A stretch of DNA of 64,000 bases from Narcine bancroftii (lineage: Eukaryota). Location: positions 3,844,001 to 3,908,000 of the forward strand of contig NC_091475.1 of the NCBI RefSeq assembly GCF_036971445.1, given 5' to 3'. The position numbers were made by a program, and so were the translations under genes. Of this stretch, positions 45,901-56,293 are shown piece by piece (within the stretch, counting starts at the first letter, position 1; each line of letters opens with the position of its first letter). Below the pieces are notes generated by a model. The model made no database searches and was not told where the DNA came from. It saw only the letters and a program-made list of their open reading frames with translations.

Positions 45901-48900
45901 TTCTCCAAGAGCCCTTCACTTCCTCCTGGCATTACTGTCATGGCCATTTCACAAAGCAGATTATCCATTTGGCTGAACAGAGACAGTTGAAAATGTATAA
46001 ATGATAAATACATAAAACTACTTTAAGCAGCTATATTAACTGATACATGAACATTATTTAAAATAAAGCTGGTTTTAAATAAACCTTCGCTTACCAGTTT
46101 ATTGCTGAAATATATCTAAATCCTCTCGTCAGGAAATCAGTGGTGAGTGTAGAGGCAGAGTGGGAGCTCTGATCTCTACACTCGCCACATCTGACCTCCA
46201 ATAGGCCTGTACTATCTTGCTAGGGCAAGCTGGTGAGGAAGTCCAGAAGATGCCCCATCAGTACAATCTTGTCCATTGACACAAGTACAGAAGAGCAGAG
46301 CTTCAGACCAAAGCACATAGAGAAATAAATAAATTTACAACATCAGTAACAAAAAGGTAACCTGAATTCCAATAATGATGAAGTATATTTCAAGCTTCCT
46401 AACTTTCAAATAGAATCAAAGTATTCCCATTACAGACATAAATATAACCTGTTTCTTCGACAGGCAGCATCAGTATTGCAGCACAAGATTCCTCTTTTGC
46501 CTTGTTTGATATTTCCTTGATTCTCATTTGGCCACTGAGCCCAGCATCTCATTATAGTGCACTGATCCACTGAAACACAAAGGTAGTTAGTGCAGGGAGA
46601 TGAGGTGTGTTTCAATTGATCTCATACTGTGACCTTTATCGTTTTATTTCAGCTACTTTTTCATTGGCCTTCATTTTATTTTGAAATCACATATCTCAGT
46701 GAAAGACATAATTTCACTAGGATTATTTCACATATTCCCAGTGTGAAACAAAAGAAGACGTCAAGAACAACATTATAGCCACAAATTTTTGACACTAAAT
46801 GTAATTACGAGGAAAGTGAATCCGCTGCAATTTCTTAAAATAGCCTCAGGATATTTTGTAAATATTTTGTTTTCAACTCTTTCTAGATTGTGCCGCTGGA
46901 TTCTTTGCATGCCACAAAAATTGGTGTTTACCCATAACTGCCTTGTGTGATGGAAATGCCGACTGTCCCAATGACAATGAAGAGGTGAATTGTGATAAAA
47001 CAGGTATGTGGAATATCTTTCGCTCTACCAAGAACATAAGAAACAAGAGCAGAAGAACAAAGAACATGAGAAATAGGAGCAGGGGTAGGCCATCTGTCCC
47101 ATCGAGCCTGTTCCACCATTTGAATAGATCGTGGCTGGTTTGGCTCCACAGCCACCCTTTTCTCCCTATCTCTTAATACCCTCATGATGCAAAATCCTCT
47201 CTAGCTGTCTCTTTTATGAGGCAAGCAACTTGATCTGTCCTCACAGACTCACCTTCTGTTCTCTGGTAAGCCTCATCACTACCTGGTATGGAGGTGCCAA
47301 CTCTCAGGACCAGAATAAACTCCAGAGGGTTGTTAACTTGGCCTGCGGCATCTTGGGCACCAGACTTCACTCCATTGAGGACATCTACATGAGGTGATAT
47401 CTTCAAAAAGCAGCCTCTATCCTCAAAGACCACCACCACTCCCCCACACAGGCCATGCCCTCTTCCCTCTGCTACCATCAGGAAAAAGGTACAGGAGTCA
47501 CAAGACGAGCACTGAGTGGCACAAGGACAGCTTCTTCCCCGCTGTCATCAGATTCCTGAATGATCAACGAACCCAAGTCACTGCCTCACTTTTTGGGCCC
47601 TATTATTGTTATTGTGTAATGATGTTAAGATGGTTTGTAGAGTGAATGTTTGTTCTATGATTGCCTGCTGCAAAACACTGAATTTCGTGACTTGTTCATG
47701 ACAAATTCTGATTCCAAAGTGGATGGTCTTGCATTTACCAACATTATGCTCCACCTGCAAGATCGTTGCCCACTCACTTCACATATCTCTCTCTCTCTGC
47801 AGACTCTCTGTGTTTATTGGCACAATTTGCTAATTCACTCAATTTAGTGTCATCTGTAAATGGAGATATGCTGCACTCAGTCCCCTCCTCCAAATCGTTA
47901 AAGAACACAGTGAACAGTTGTGGGCCCAGCACCAACCACTGCAGTTGTGAGCCCAGCAGTTGTGGGCCCAGCACCAACCACTGCAGCAGTTGTGGGCCCA
48001 GCACCAACCACTGCAGCAGTTGTGGGCCCAGCACCAACCACGGCAGCACTTTGCTCACAACTGATTGCCAACCAGACAACGCCCCATTTATTCCCAACTC
48101 TCTGCCTTCCATTGGTTAACCAATCCTCTATCCAAGCCAATAATTGGGGGAAGTTAAACTCCATGCATCCTTATCTAATGGATAAGTCTTGAAAACACTG
48201 CTGTTGAGCACTGTGGAAAATCTCTTTGAAAGTCATTTACTTTTCTCAACTGTCCCATCGAGCAGCCTTGGTTCCCAGTCTGAACTAGCCAACTCCTCCC
48301 TGATCCTGTTGTAGTCTCCCATGATACACTGGTTTCTACTATTGAACCCGCAATTTGTTTGTGAATTTTGAATAAAGTCAATGACCGATCCTCAACAACC
48401 ATCTGCACTGAGATTTAGAAAGGTTCACTCTTAGTGAAGAAATTTCTCCTTTCGATCATAACTGCCCCTTATTTTCAGGTAAAACTACCTTCAATATGTA
48501 TCCTGCATCAACATTTTAAAAATACATCTTTTAAAAAGGTACTTGTAGGTGAAGATGGTTATTATTGGCATATAATGGAAACCATCAAAAGCAGAGTTCA
48601 GTCTTGTTGAATTTAACCATAATTTAGTATCAGTAATTAACAAACACTAGGTACTGTTGCTTATATTTAATTGGCTTATAAAAAATGCTTTTATTTCTGA
48701 ACTAAACAAAATTGGAATTTGCAGAGTTGTCAATATTTAAAGTCCAAAAAATGGAAATTATATTCGAGCCATTTATGTATTCTTAATATTTATTTTTTCC
48801 ATTATTTACCTCTCCAATTAAATAGATTATCATTGTCATTAATAGTAGCCAATAAGATTTATTTAACTGTAGTATTATGTGTGTTGGCTTGTGCTCTCAA

Positions 48901-51900
48901 TATCTCCAGACTTCAGCAATATTAGTTCTGCTTTCTCTACACTTTGATAGATGTGAATTGTACGACTGACACATACAAATGTGTTGATGGAAAATGTATT
49001 GTCAAACCCAATGCAGAATGTGATGGTGTGTGGGATTGTTTCGATCTCAGTGATGAATTGTATTGTGGTAAGTAAAGCAACTTTACACTCCTTAACCAAT
49101 GGATCTAGGTAGCTGAAGGAGCAGGGAGGATACATTACAGCAATGATAAGTAATATTGCAGAGAACAAAACAAAGGACTCTACATCACCTTTGTTGACCT
49201 CACCAAAGCCTTCGACACCGTGAGCAGGAAAGGGCTTTGGCAAATACTAGAGCACCTCGGATGCCCCCCAAAGTTCCTCAACATGGTTATCCAACTGCAC
49301 GAAAACCAACAAGGTCGGGTCAGATACAGCAATGAGCTCTCTGAACCCTTCTCCATTAACAATGGCCTGAAGCAAGGCTGCGTTCTCGCACCAACCCTCT
49401 TTTCAATCTTCTTCAGCATGATGCTGAAACAAGCCATGAAAGACCTCAAGAATGAAGATGCTGTTTACATCCGGTACCACACGAATGGCCGTCTCTTCAA
49501 TCTGAGGCTCACACCAAGACACAAGAGCAACTTGTCCGTGAACTACTCTTTGCTTTAGTTGCCCATTCAGAGCCAGCTCTTCAGCGCTTGACGTCCTGTT
49601 TTGCGGAAACTGCCAAAATGTTTGGTCTGGAAGTCAGCCTGAAGAAAACTGAGGTCCTCCATCAGCCAGCTCCCCACCATGATTACCAGCCCCCCCCACA
49701 TCTCCATCGGGCACACAAAACTCAAAACGGTCAACCAGTTTACCTATCTCGGCTGCACCATTTCATCAGATGCAAGGATCGACAACGAGATAGACAACAG
49801 ACTCGCCAAGGCAAATAGTGCCTTTGGAAGACTACACAAAAGAGTCTGGAAAAACAACCAACTGAAAAACCTCACAAAGATTAGCGTATACAGAGCCGTT
49901 GTCATACCCACACTCCTGTTCGGCTCCGAATCATGGGTCCTCTACCGGCGTCACCTACGGCTCCTAGAACGCTTCCACCAGCGTTGTCTCCGCTCCATCC
50001 TCAACATTCATTGGAGCGACTTCATCCCTAACATCGAAGTACTCAAGATGGCAGAGGCTGACAGCATCGAATCCACGCTGCTGAAGATCAAACTGCGCTG
50101 GGTAGGTCACGTCTTCAGAATGGAGGACCATCGCCTTCCCAAGATCGTGTTATATGGCGAGCTCTCCACTGGCCACCGAGACAGAGGTGCACCAAAGAAG
50201 AGGTACAAGGACTGCCTAAAGAAATCTCTTGGTGCCTGCCACATTGACCACCGCCAGTGGGCTGATATCACCTCAAACCGTGCATCTTGGCGCCTCACAG
50301 TTCGGCGGGCAGCAACCTCCTTTGAAGAAGACCGCAGAGCCAACCTCACTGTCAAAAGACAGAGGAAAAACCCAACACCCAACCCCAACCAACCAATTTT
50401 CCCTTGCAACCGCTGCAACCGTGTCTGCCTGTCCCGCATCGGACTTGTCAGCCACAAACGAGCCTGCAGCTGACGTGGACATTACCCCTCCATAAATCTT
50501 CATCCGCGAAGCAAAGCCAAAGAAAAGAAAGTAATATTGCCACTTATTGCACTGTCAGTTAAAGTGTGCACTGGTTTCTAATGGCTGGGACCCAAACTAT
50601 TATAATTATATGCTAGTTACATATGTTGGTAGAAATTCCACCTCCCTTTATTTCTGTGGAAGATGAGGGACAGAACAGGGGCAAAGACTCAGAGCAGCAT
50701 TTACAAGCTTAAGGATAACCGTGTGAGACCATCCATGATTCCAAGAATGATCAGTAGCTAAGGAGAGGAAGATGCGAAACATGTCGAGGCATGTTTTGTT
50801 TTGAAATATGCACACCACTCCACAGGAATTTCTTGCAATTCACACATTCTATTCCATGCACATTACCAAGCCAGACCAAAGGGATGAATCATTTGACGAT
50901 TGACTTCAGGAAGATGATGTGTTTTATGGCACTCGATATTATGCTTAAATTTCCACTCGCAGGTTGTAATAGAATGCAGAGAGTTAAACAGCAAGGCAAG
51001 ACATTGGATGAATATGTTTAACAGGAGTATCAGAGCCAACATCTCCAGGCTTCTTCCCACGGGCAGTGAGAATGCTGAATGACCAAAGGAGTTGCTCACA
51101 CTAACCATCTGAGACACTCATTTATACAAACAATATTTATTTTTATAGCTTAAAATACTTGTCCTCCATATGCATTATTTCATAATCAGACATTTGGCAT
51201 CCGCAGTTTGATGACGGATATTTTGGCAAAAAAAACAAGATTTTTGTAGCCCTTCAGACATTTTGGTGTCCACAGTTTGGCGCCAGATATTTTGGCTTTT
51301 GGCAATGGACAGGGCATTTATTATATTTTTAATTAAATATAACATCTCAGCACTCCCCTCTCCCCAGGGGGACATCTCCACACTCCCCTCACCTGCAGTG
51401 ACATCTCAGCACTCCCTTCATCCTGCAGTGAAATCTACCTGTTAGCGCCAAAATGTCCTGGACCCATATTGTGTGTTTTGTCCGGTTTTGTGCCTGCAGG
51501 CTTTGCACCGAGGACCGGAGAACATTGTTTTCTCGGGTTGCACTTGTACAATGAGACGAAGTATGCTCAAACAATCTTAAGGATGATTTGAGTTTTATCA
51601 TCCCCTACACAGGTCCTGTAAATTTGGGCATAAAGGTGCTGCTTGATACGGTATTACAACCAGTGTGCATGTCCACACCCAGCACAACCATTCTCCAATT
51701 TACGAAAGCCATTGCCTTCCTGAAAAAAAAGTAATTAAACAAAATTTGGTAAATCATAGAGGCTAGAAGTCCATCATGTGAATATTGCAATGGTGTGTCC
51801 AACAGGTGAAGAGTGGTACATATTTTATTAAATCAAAAAATGAATGGAAATAAAACACATACCCAAACCATCAATGATATTATATAAAAAAATTGCAAAT

Positions 51901-54900
51901 GCTGTCATACTTGCATTTTGTAAAACATGAAAGTCTGCAGACACCGTGATTGAAGTAAAAACACAAAGTTGAGGAAACTCCGTAGGTTAGTGCAACTCAT
52001 ACACCAAAGATAAAGATATATAAACAACTTTTTGAACTTGAGCCCTTCATCAAGGTACGAGGAAAATGTCAGCAGGTGCCCGAACAAAATGGTGAGGGGG
52101 AGGGGCAGGGGGAGGAGCACAGTCCCACAGGCAGGAGGTAAGAGGTGAATAAGGAGGGGAGAAGGGAACACCAGCAACAAGAGGATGAGGGATGGTTCTG
52201 TGAATGGAGAGGGTAGGGGTGGAGAGCTAGAGGAAAGAAGACAGAGATGGGGAAGAGAGGGAGGATGAGGAATGGTCTGGGAGAAACCGGAGAAGTCAAT
52301 TAGAGAGTGACAAGACAGAATGTTAGACGGTGCTCCTCCATTTTACGGGTGGCCTTGGTTAGTCAGTACTTGAGGCCATGGACAGACACGTTGGCGCAGG
52401 AGTGGGGCACAGAATTGAAATGGTCGGCCACTGGGAGATCCCTGTCATTGATGTGGACAGAATGAAGCTGCTCAGCGAAGCGATCTCCCAGTCTGCATCC
52501 AATCTCTCCGATGTAGATAAAGCCATAACAGGATCACTGGATGCAGTAACTGACTCCCACAGATTCACAAGTGAAGTGTTGCTTCACTTGGAAGGACTGT
52601 TTGGGGCCCCGAATGGTGAGGGTGGAGGAGTGGACGCAAGTCTAGCGTTTCCTGTGGCCACAGAGGAAGGTGCCAAGGGTTGATTACTTACATAGGTTTA
52701 TTAACATAACTATATACTGATTCACTTTATGCCTAGAAATGTAGCTGGTGTTGGGATTCTGCAGGGAATTACCCTTGGGAAGATCGGCCACTGAGAATAG
52801 CAGAGGAGATGAAGAGAGCTGATTTCAGCTAGAAAGTAGTCATTGGAAAGTTCATTGATTTTCCCGTTGGGAAGAGAAGTGTGGGCAAGCAACAACCAGT
52901 CACAGGCTGTGATTTTAATGTGGAGCCAGGAGGAGAATTCCACAGCTACCAGATTCCATATTCAAAGAATTAAATACATCTTCTGGCAATGGCCTGTCCG
53001 TAGATCTGATTTTTCCCAAATACAACCAGGTTTAGGGCATATCAGTTTAATAAAGGGTATATCAATGATCCAGGCTGGTGTCCCAAACATGTCTTTGAAG
53101 TCTGCAGCAATGTTGGGACAATGTGGCATTGTGTGGTGTATTGGTGCCTGCCTTAAACTGCTAGAGAGAGCCAAATGAAAGTTTAGAGTATAACCTGGAT
53201 CCATACAGCCCTCTACAGATGTAATAGGAAGATTGCTACCTGGTGAACGTTTAACTTACTGAGATTGATGTGATCCCGAATAGCCAGATTATTATCTCTC
53301 TTAATCTTCCAGTTAAACTGGTGATGCAGCTAATGCTGTTTCAAAATTATTTAATTAACCATCCAAGTGTATAATTGTCTTACATTGCATGTAAACCATA
53401 GGTTTCATTGTGAAAAATCTTTTTAAAAACTTGAGAGAAGGAGAAAACAATTACGTTCTTTTGCTGCGGACATTATTTTTTGGGGGATTTGCAGAGAATG
53501 ACAAAACAATGAAAGAAATGTAAGCATAAAATGCAGCCTTTAGTTCTCAACAAAGGTCAAGTCAGTGGAGGATCATTACCCATTTTTCCCTGGGAACCAA
53601 TTAATTCTTTGAGATAATTGATTTTCTTATTGGGCTTATCCTCTGCAATCAGTATCCAGTTTGTTCCTTACTGTATGACTCAGCTGGCAGAAAGTACTGA
53701 GATATAGTTGTCTTTCATTACTCAGCTGTACTTGAAAGGAATGCCTGAGCTGACAAGCCCATATTTGGGTTTTCTGTCACCATGTGAGCTTTCCTGTTAC
53801 AGACAATACAATGATCTTTCTGTTTGCTGCCTGAATCAGGTCACCTTCGAGTCTGAACGAAACCAAGCGTTTGCTTTATAACTAAAAAGTGCCTCCAGTT
53901 TGATATTGACCTCGATTTATTCTTATTTAGGAAGGTTTCAGTAAATTATTTGGTGCAAGTCCCTTTCTCTTCATTAGGACCAGGTGGTCTTTGGATAGAC
54001 AACTCGCAACATTTACTTAAGGGAGCCACAGGGAGATGCACAAAAGCAGCAAAGTTCAGACTCACTATTAACTATACAGCAGGAAAATTCTGTTTTCTGC
54101 TGTCATCTTCTTGACAGAGAGGCAGAATGCATCTTCTCTCCATTTTATAGCATGACACAATGTTGCATCCCACTTGAATTTAAATTGAACTGAATATAAG
54201 TAACATGCTATGAATTAGCTCTCCCTAGTGCTGAGCATTTTATGAATCAAAATGAACCAAAAGATCGAGGTGCAAGAACTGCAGATTCCATAATCTGGAG
54301 GGGAAAAATCAACCTGCAGAAGGAACCGAGCAGTTCAAGTGGAGGCACAGGGATAGCTGAGATTTCCATTTGAGATCCTGCATCGGACCCAGATAATAGA
54401 CTGAAGCCCATCTGGGGATACAAGGTTTGTGAATCCACACAAATGGTATTAACAAAATAACATCTGGAAAACCAGCTCATTTGGCACCATTAACTATATA
54501 GATGGAGTTTTATTCAAAATGCAACAGACCGATGTTTGTAGGTAAAATTGGCTTTTCAGTAATTTCTCAATTCATTCAAACTTTGTAGCTGAGGGCATTT
54601 GTAAGAAAGTAAATATTTCCACCACTGGAGAACAAGAATAGTTCCTTCAGATCAAGCTTGAAGATTTGGAACAGTCAACATAAGCCTTCATAACAAAGGA
54701 CTTTCTTTTCTTTTATATACAGACTGTGGAAACCAACAAACCGTTAGAAGTCGGATTGTCAATGGGAATGATGCAGTGATTGGTGAATGGCCCTGGCAAG
54801 TCAGCCTTCACTTTGGATCCATAGGACATACTTGTGGAGCAACTTTGATAAATAATTGGTGGCTTCTGTCTGCTTCACACTGTTTCCAAGATGTAGAATT

Positions 54901-54906
54901 ATACAA
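11401..54906 (+). CDS. ST14-like: Gene B: matriptase/ST14-like type II transmembrane serine protease (TM-SEA-CUB-CUB-4xLDLa-protease), exons 1-16; last three protease exons lie beyond the window
   Basis: join(11401..11478,18834..19086,24224..24351,25429..25496,27708..27892,28457..28495,30526..30712,34289..34428,36812..36909,40721..40824,42045..42178,44240..44344,45652..45759,46887..47003,48951..49067,54723..54906) = 2045 nt, all phases compatible, no stops. Four LDLa modules and the exon layout match ST14; TMPRSS6/7 have three. Confidence 0.9.
12485..13045 (-). mobile_element. Rex1/Babar-like LINE 3' fragment
   Basis: Minus-strand peptide [32 protein letters not shown] plus the shared 3' UTR. 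Confidence 0.7.
13375..14670 (+). mobile_element. CR1 LINE fragment with a nested Rex-like 3' end (about 14145-14352) and a hAT MITE
   Basis: [25 protein letters not shown]; [37 protein letters not shown]. Confidence 0.88.
14472..14588. mobile_element. hAT (Charlie/MER-type) MITE
   Basis: CAGTGGTTCTCAA terminus, internal palindrome (cccttactaacc / ggttagtaaggg), imperfect 8-bp flanks gactaaac/tactaatc. Confidence 0.55.
15200..15350 (+). mobile_element. V-SINE-type fragment
   Basis: 'gagtttgcacattctctctgtgactgcatgggctttctctgggttctctggttctttctcaca' central domain. Confidence 0.6.
16112..16183 (+). mobile_element. Extreme 3' tip of the RTE LINE
   Basis: agcctgca..tgacgtggac..aatcttcgtctgcgaagccaagccaaagaaaagaaaga matches the 3' ends of the longer copies. 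Confidence 0.85.
17572..18420 (+). mobile_element. CR1 LINE 3' fragment
   Basis: [57 protein letters not shown]. Confidence 0.9.
18834..19086 (+). CDS. Gene B exon 2: cytoplasmic tail and signal-anchor TM helix
   Basis: tttacag|ACA ... T|gtaagt; ..[11 protein letters not shown] then [22 protein letters not shown] (basic residues N-terminal to the helix, i.e. type II topology). Confidence 0.85.
20860..21780 (+). mobile_element. Fish-type L1 (L1/Tx1 clade) 3' fragment
   Basis: [37 protein letters not shown] (C-terminal CCHC zinc finger), then a T-rich UTR and aataaa/A-rich end. Confidence 0.8.
22379..22780 (+). mobile_element. Solo LTR with an internal 3x111-bp tandem repeat, TSD GCTTT
   Basis: TG...CA ends; GCTTT at 22374-22378 and 22781-22785; repeat units start at 22389, 22500 and 22611. 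Confidence 0.85.
23503..23614. repeat. 22-bp minisatellite (GAAGAAATACTGTGCTGGATTG), about 5 copies
   Basis: Read directly; a further isolated unit occurs near 23748. Confidence 0.9.
24224..24351 (+). CDS. Gene B exon 3: SEA domain, N-terminal part
   Basis: caacag|AT ... CCA|gtaagt; [43 protein letters not shown]. Confidence 0.88.
24508..25085 (-). mobile_element. CR1 LINE 3' fragment
   Basis: [23 protein letters not shown] on the minus strand plus a CR1 3' end. Confidence 0.88.
25429..25496 (+). CDS. Gene B exon 4: SEA domain, middle
   Basis: ttggcag|TTG ... AG|gtagga; [22 protein letters not shown](S); supplies the required phase 0 to phase 2 bridge. Confidence 0.82.
27583..27612. repeat. 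(TA)n microsatellite
   Basis: Read directly. Confidence 0.95.
27708..27892 (+). CDS. Gene B exon 5: SEA domain with G|SV autocleavage motif
   Basis: ttccatag|T ... G|gtatga; (FS)[23 protein letters not shown]; compare matriptase FSEG|SVIAY. Confidence 0.9.
28457..28495 (+). CDS. Gene B exon 6: 39-nt SEA-CUB linker
   Basis: attacag|AG ... AAG|gtacat; [13 protein letters not shown]; phase 1-1; ST14 has a similar mini-exon at this position. Confidence 0.65.
30526..30712 (+). CDS. Gene B exon 7: CUB1 N-terminal part (shortened)
   Basis: ctcctcag|CA ... AG|gtaagg; [63 protein letters not shown]. Confidence 0.85.
31308..31789. mobile_element. Tigger/pogo-like MITE with a nested LTR-like insert (31391-31661)
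   Basis: Ends aaccctgttatctgg / ataacagggattttactg|ta; TA flanks; the remainder matches 55039-55250 in opposite orientation; insert has TG..CA ends and minus-strand AATAAA. Confidence 0.65.
32781..33029 (-). mobile_element. V-SINE-type tRNA-derived SINE, near full length
   Basis: Minus strand: box A tggcgtagtgg, box B ggttcgaatcc, central domain, CR1-like tail. Confidence 0.8.
33375..34020 (+). mobile_element. Degenerate Rex1/Babar-like LINE fragment containing (CA)n
   Basis: [14 protein letters not shown] motif at about 33455-33500; '[11 protein letters not shown]' at about 33721. Confidence 0.7.
33831..33905. repeat. (CA)n microsatellite
   Basis: Read directly; preceded by a short (CG)n run. 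Confidence 0.97.
34289..34428 (+). CDS. Gene B exon 8: CUB1 C-terminal part
   Basis: ttgacag|A ... CAA|gtgagt; [46 protein letters not shown] (SSGNVML is CUB-typical). Confidence 0.85.
34781..34943. repeat. Perfect tandem duplication, 2x81 bp
   Basis: aaagtcagtagacttttgg...gtccagatata repeated at an 81-bp offset. Confidence 0.95.
35085..36145 (+). mobile_element. Fish-type L1 3' fragment, interrupted by a SINE
   Basis: [22 protein letters not shown]; [25 protein letters not shown]; aataaa/A-rich end. Confidence 0.8.
35493..35691 (+). mobile_element. SINE with a tRNA-Thr(TGT)-derived head
   Basis: 35495-35563 ggctccaatagc..gagcactggttttgtaaaccggggttgcgagttca..gctggggtct parallels vertebrate tRNA-Thr(UGU), with a damaged D-arm; followed by a body and LINE-like tail. 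Confidence 0.7.
36812..36909 (+). CDS. Gene B exon 9: CUB2 N-terminal part
   Basis: tttccag|CC ... ACA|gtaagt; [32 protein letters not shown]. Confidence 0.93.
37255..39440. mobile_element. Cluster of degenerate CR1 fragments (plus copies to about 39055; minus copy about 39060-39440)
   Basis: [10 protein letters not shown]; LYKTL..PL; minus-strand [15 protein letters not shown]. Confidence 0.7.
40007..40246 (-). mobile_element. Solo LTR, 240 bp, TSD ACCCC
   Basis: TG...CA ends; ACCCC at 40002-40006 and 40247-40251; near-identical to 3490-3729. Confidence 0.9.
40721..40824 (+). CDS. Gene B exon 10: CUB2 middle
   Basis: ctttcag|GTA ... CG|gtacat; [35 protein letters not shown]. Confidence 0.9.
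41180..41760 (+). mobile_element. Degenerate CR1 fragment
   Basis: [36 protein letters not shown]. Confidence 0.8.
42045..42178 (+). CDS. Gene B exon 11: CUB2 C-terminal part (GC donor)
   Basis: tgtttag|T ... AAG|gcaagt; [44 protein letters not shown]. Confidence 0.9.
42646..42851 (-). mobile_element. RTE LINE, short 5'-truncated copy, TSD AAGGCAAAT
   Basis: Matches the RTE 3' end; TSD at 42637-42645 and 42852-42860; (GTGA)n tail. Confidence 0.9.
43030..43455 (+). mobile_element. Degenerate CR1 3' end
   Basis: 'cttggacttttctctttggagcaatagagg' and the CR1 3' UTR pattern. Confidence 0.65.
44240..44344 (+). CDS. Gene B exon 12: LDLa module 1
   Basis: gttacag|AA ... G|gtaagt; [35 protein letters not shown]. 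Confidence 0.93.
45652..45759 (+). CDS. Gene B exon 13: LDLa module 2
   Basis: tttctag|AG ... G|gtaagt; [36 protein letters not shown]; compare matriptase CKNKFCKPLFWVCD. Confidence 0.94.
46887..47003 (+). CDS. Gene B exon 14: LDLa module 3
   Basis: tttctag|AT ... CAG|gtatgt; [39 protein letters not shown]. Confidence 0.92.
47260..47715 (+). mobile_element. Rex1/Babar-like LINE 3' fragment
   Basis: [39 protein letters not shown]. Confidence 0.8.
47716..48190 (-). mobile_element. CR1 RT fragment with an internal 30-bp tandem expansion (about 47915-48047)
   Basis: [17 protein letters not shown]; [24 protein letters not shown]; repeat unit cagcagttgtgggcccagcaccaaccactg. Confidence 0.85.
48951..49067 (+). 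CDS. Gene B exon 15: LDLa module 4
   Basis: ttgatag|AT ... G|gtaagt; [39 protein letters not shown]; the KxNxEC pattern marks the last LDLa of matriptases. Confidence 0.94.
49160..50528 (+). mobile_element. RTE-clade LINE, 5'-truncated and frameshifted, TSD AAGTAATATTGC
   Basis: RT C-terminal half to ..[22 protein letters not shown]; TSD at 49148-49159 and 50529-50540; small deletions remove the FADD motif. Confidence 0.95.
51900..52680 (-). mobile_element. Penelope-like element fragment (GIY-YIG endonuclease and 3' repeat)
   Basis: Minus strand reads [45 protein letters not shown], with stops. Confidence 0.8.
54723..54906 (+). CDS. Gene B exon 16: activation site and catalytic His57
   Basis: tatacag|AC ... 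AA|gtaagt; 184 nt; [61 protein letters not shown]. Confidence 0.95.
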
Positions 54907-55038
54907 GTAAGTGAGGGGGCCGGGTATTGCCAGAAAAAGAAAACTCCACCCCACTGTTTGGCAAAATATTTTCTTTTATTCAAGTAGTAAATTTGTAAAG
55001 AAATGAGATGAGATTTTTATATTCTGGATAATCCAGTA

Positions 55039-55250
55039 CAATGAAATGCCTGGTATCTGGCACCGATGGGGATTGGTAGATGCCGAAAAAATGAATTCTA
55101 CAGTTGGTTGAGATTGCATGTTGCATGATAGGTGAACTAACAGCGAGGTGCACCACTTTTAAACCTATATATTTTACCTATTTATTTTCCGTGATTTTTT
55201 TTGCTTGAGGCTGCCGGTTGCTTGAACTCTGGATAACAGGTGTTTTACTG
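55039..55250. mobile_element. Tigger/pogo-like MITE with TA TSD
   Basis: ta|caatgaaatgcctggtatctgg ... ggataacaggtgttttactg|ta imperfect TIRs. Confidence 0.7.
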
Positions 55251-55348
55251 TATTTCATAAAAATGAAAGTTAATGAAAACCTGGGACCTATCTTGTGGGT
55301 CTACTATGTATCCGTAAGTCCTAGGACATGTAGAGTGGCATTGAGTGA

Positions 55349-55568
55349 GTAGCGCTATCAATCAACCACATTAGACAGAGTCATGATTAATACGCTTTAA
55401 TCACCTTAAGACATCAACACATTTCACATGTTGCTGACCCGGTTCCAAGGCAGGTACTGAGGGAGGGGTTCAGCCTTTATGGGGATTTCCGAGAGGAGAA
55501 GTCACCAGTTCAGGGCCCGGGCAAGCCCATACAAACAGTGCTAATTGCTATACCGTGGATCCACCACA
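55349..55568 (-). mobile_element. Probable solo LTR related to 61-251
   Basis: Minus strand tgtggtgg..ccataaagg..ccctccct..attaaagc..actctgtc..attgatagcgc. Confidence 0.45.
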
Positions 55569-56293
55569 AAATGATGTGCTACGAATGTCTTGGTGCTGTT
55601 ACATGGTTTAAAAATAGCCCATTTTGCCACTCATGTGAAGCTAGCATTCCTGCAAAGTCTGCTTTTGTGCAGCTGATAGAGGGTCTCTCCAAGTAGGTGC
55701 AAGGTCAAGCTCAGCAATCCACCTGCCATTATATTCATTGACCAACATACACACCGCAAATCCCAAACTGACCCATTACTCCTCTCAAACCTACAATATT
55801 GGCAGGCTCCAGTTACCTAATTGTAACTTCCAAGCCCTTATCCTATTTTAGATGTGACTCCTTTGTGACTTTACCCCCCCTCCCCCAGCCACCCATCTCA
55901 GATTTTCCTCTGGTCTTTGAATAAATTTGGCTTCTTAGTTGGCTGTGTCTGTTGGAGAGATTGAACGTCTTAAAGCTGATAATCAGCAAGGCCTTTTGCA
56001 CCACAAAACATTGTAGCAGTGGGCCTCATTTAAAATATTCCAGCCAAACTCTCCAAAAAGAAATGTTCTTTCAACTTTTATGTTGAAATTGCTTTTACTT
56101 TCAGTGAAAACATATTTACCAAGAAATTCATCCCAAGTTAGTAATGCACTTAGCATTGGCATTAATATGTTGCACCCTGGCTCAGAAATTCCCGCATGGA
56201 CTTCCTCGACCTTGTCTCTAATGGTCACAACTAAACTGATCTGAAGAATGTGCTAATCTTCAGGGACATGAAAGTCTTTCTCTTCATCTAAAG

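Noticed and set aside
47766-48192. Mucin-like or Cys-rich repeat ORFs ([10 protein letters not shown]; [10 protein letters not shown])
   Set aside because: A 30-bp tandem expansion inside a minus-strand CR1 RT remnant.
53675-53684. ATGACTCAGC AP-1/ARE-like site
   Set aside because: A single short motif with no supporting evidence.
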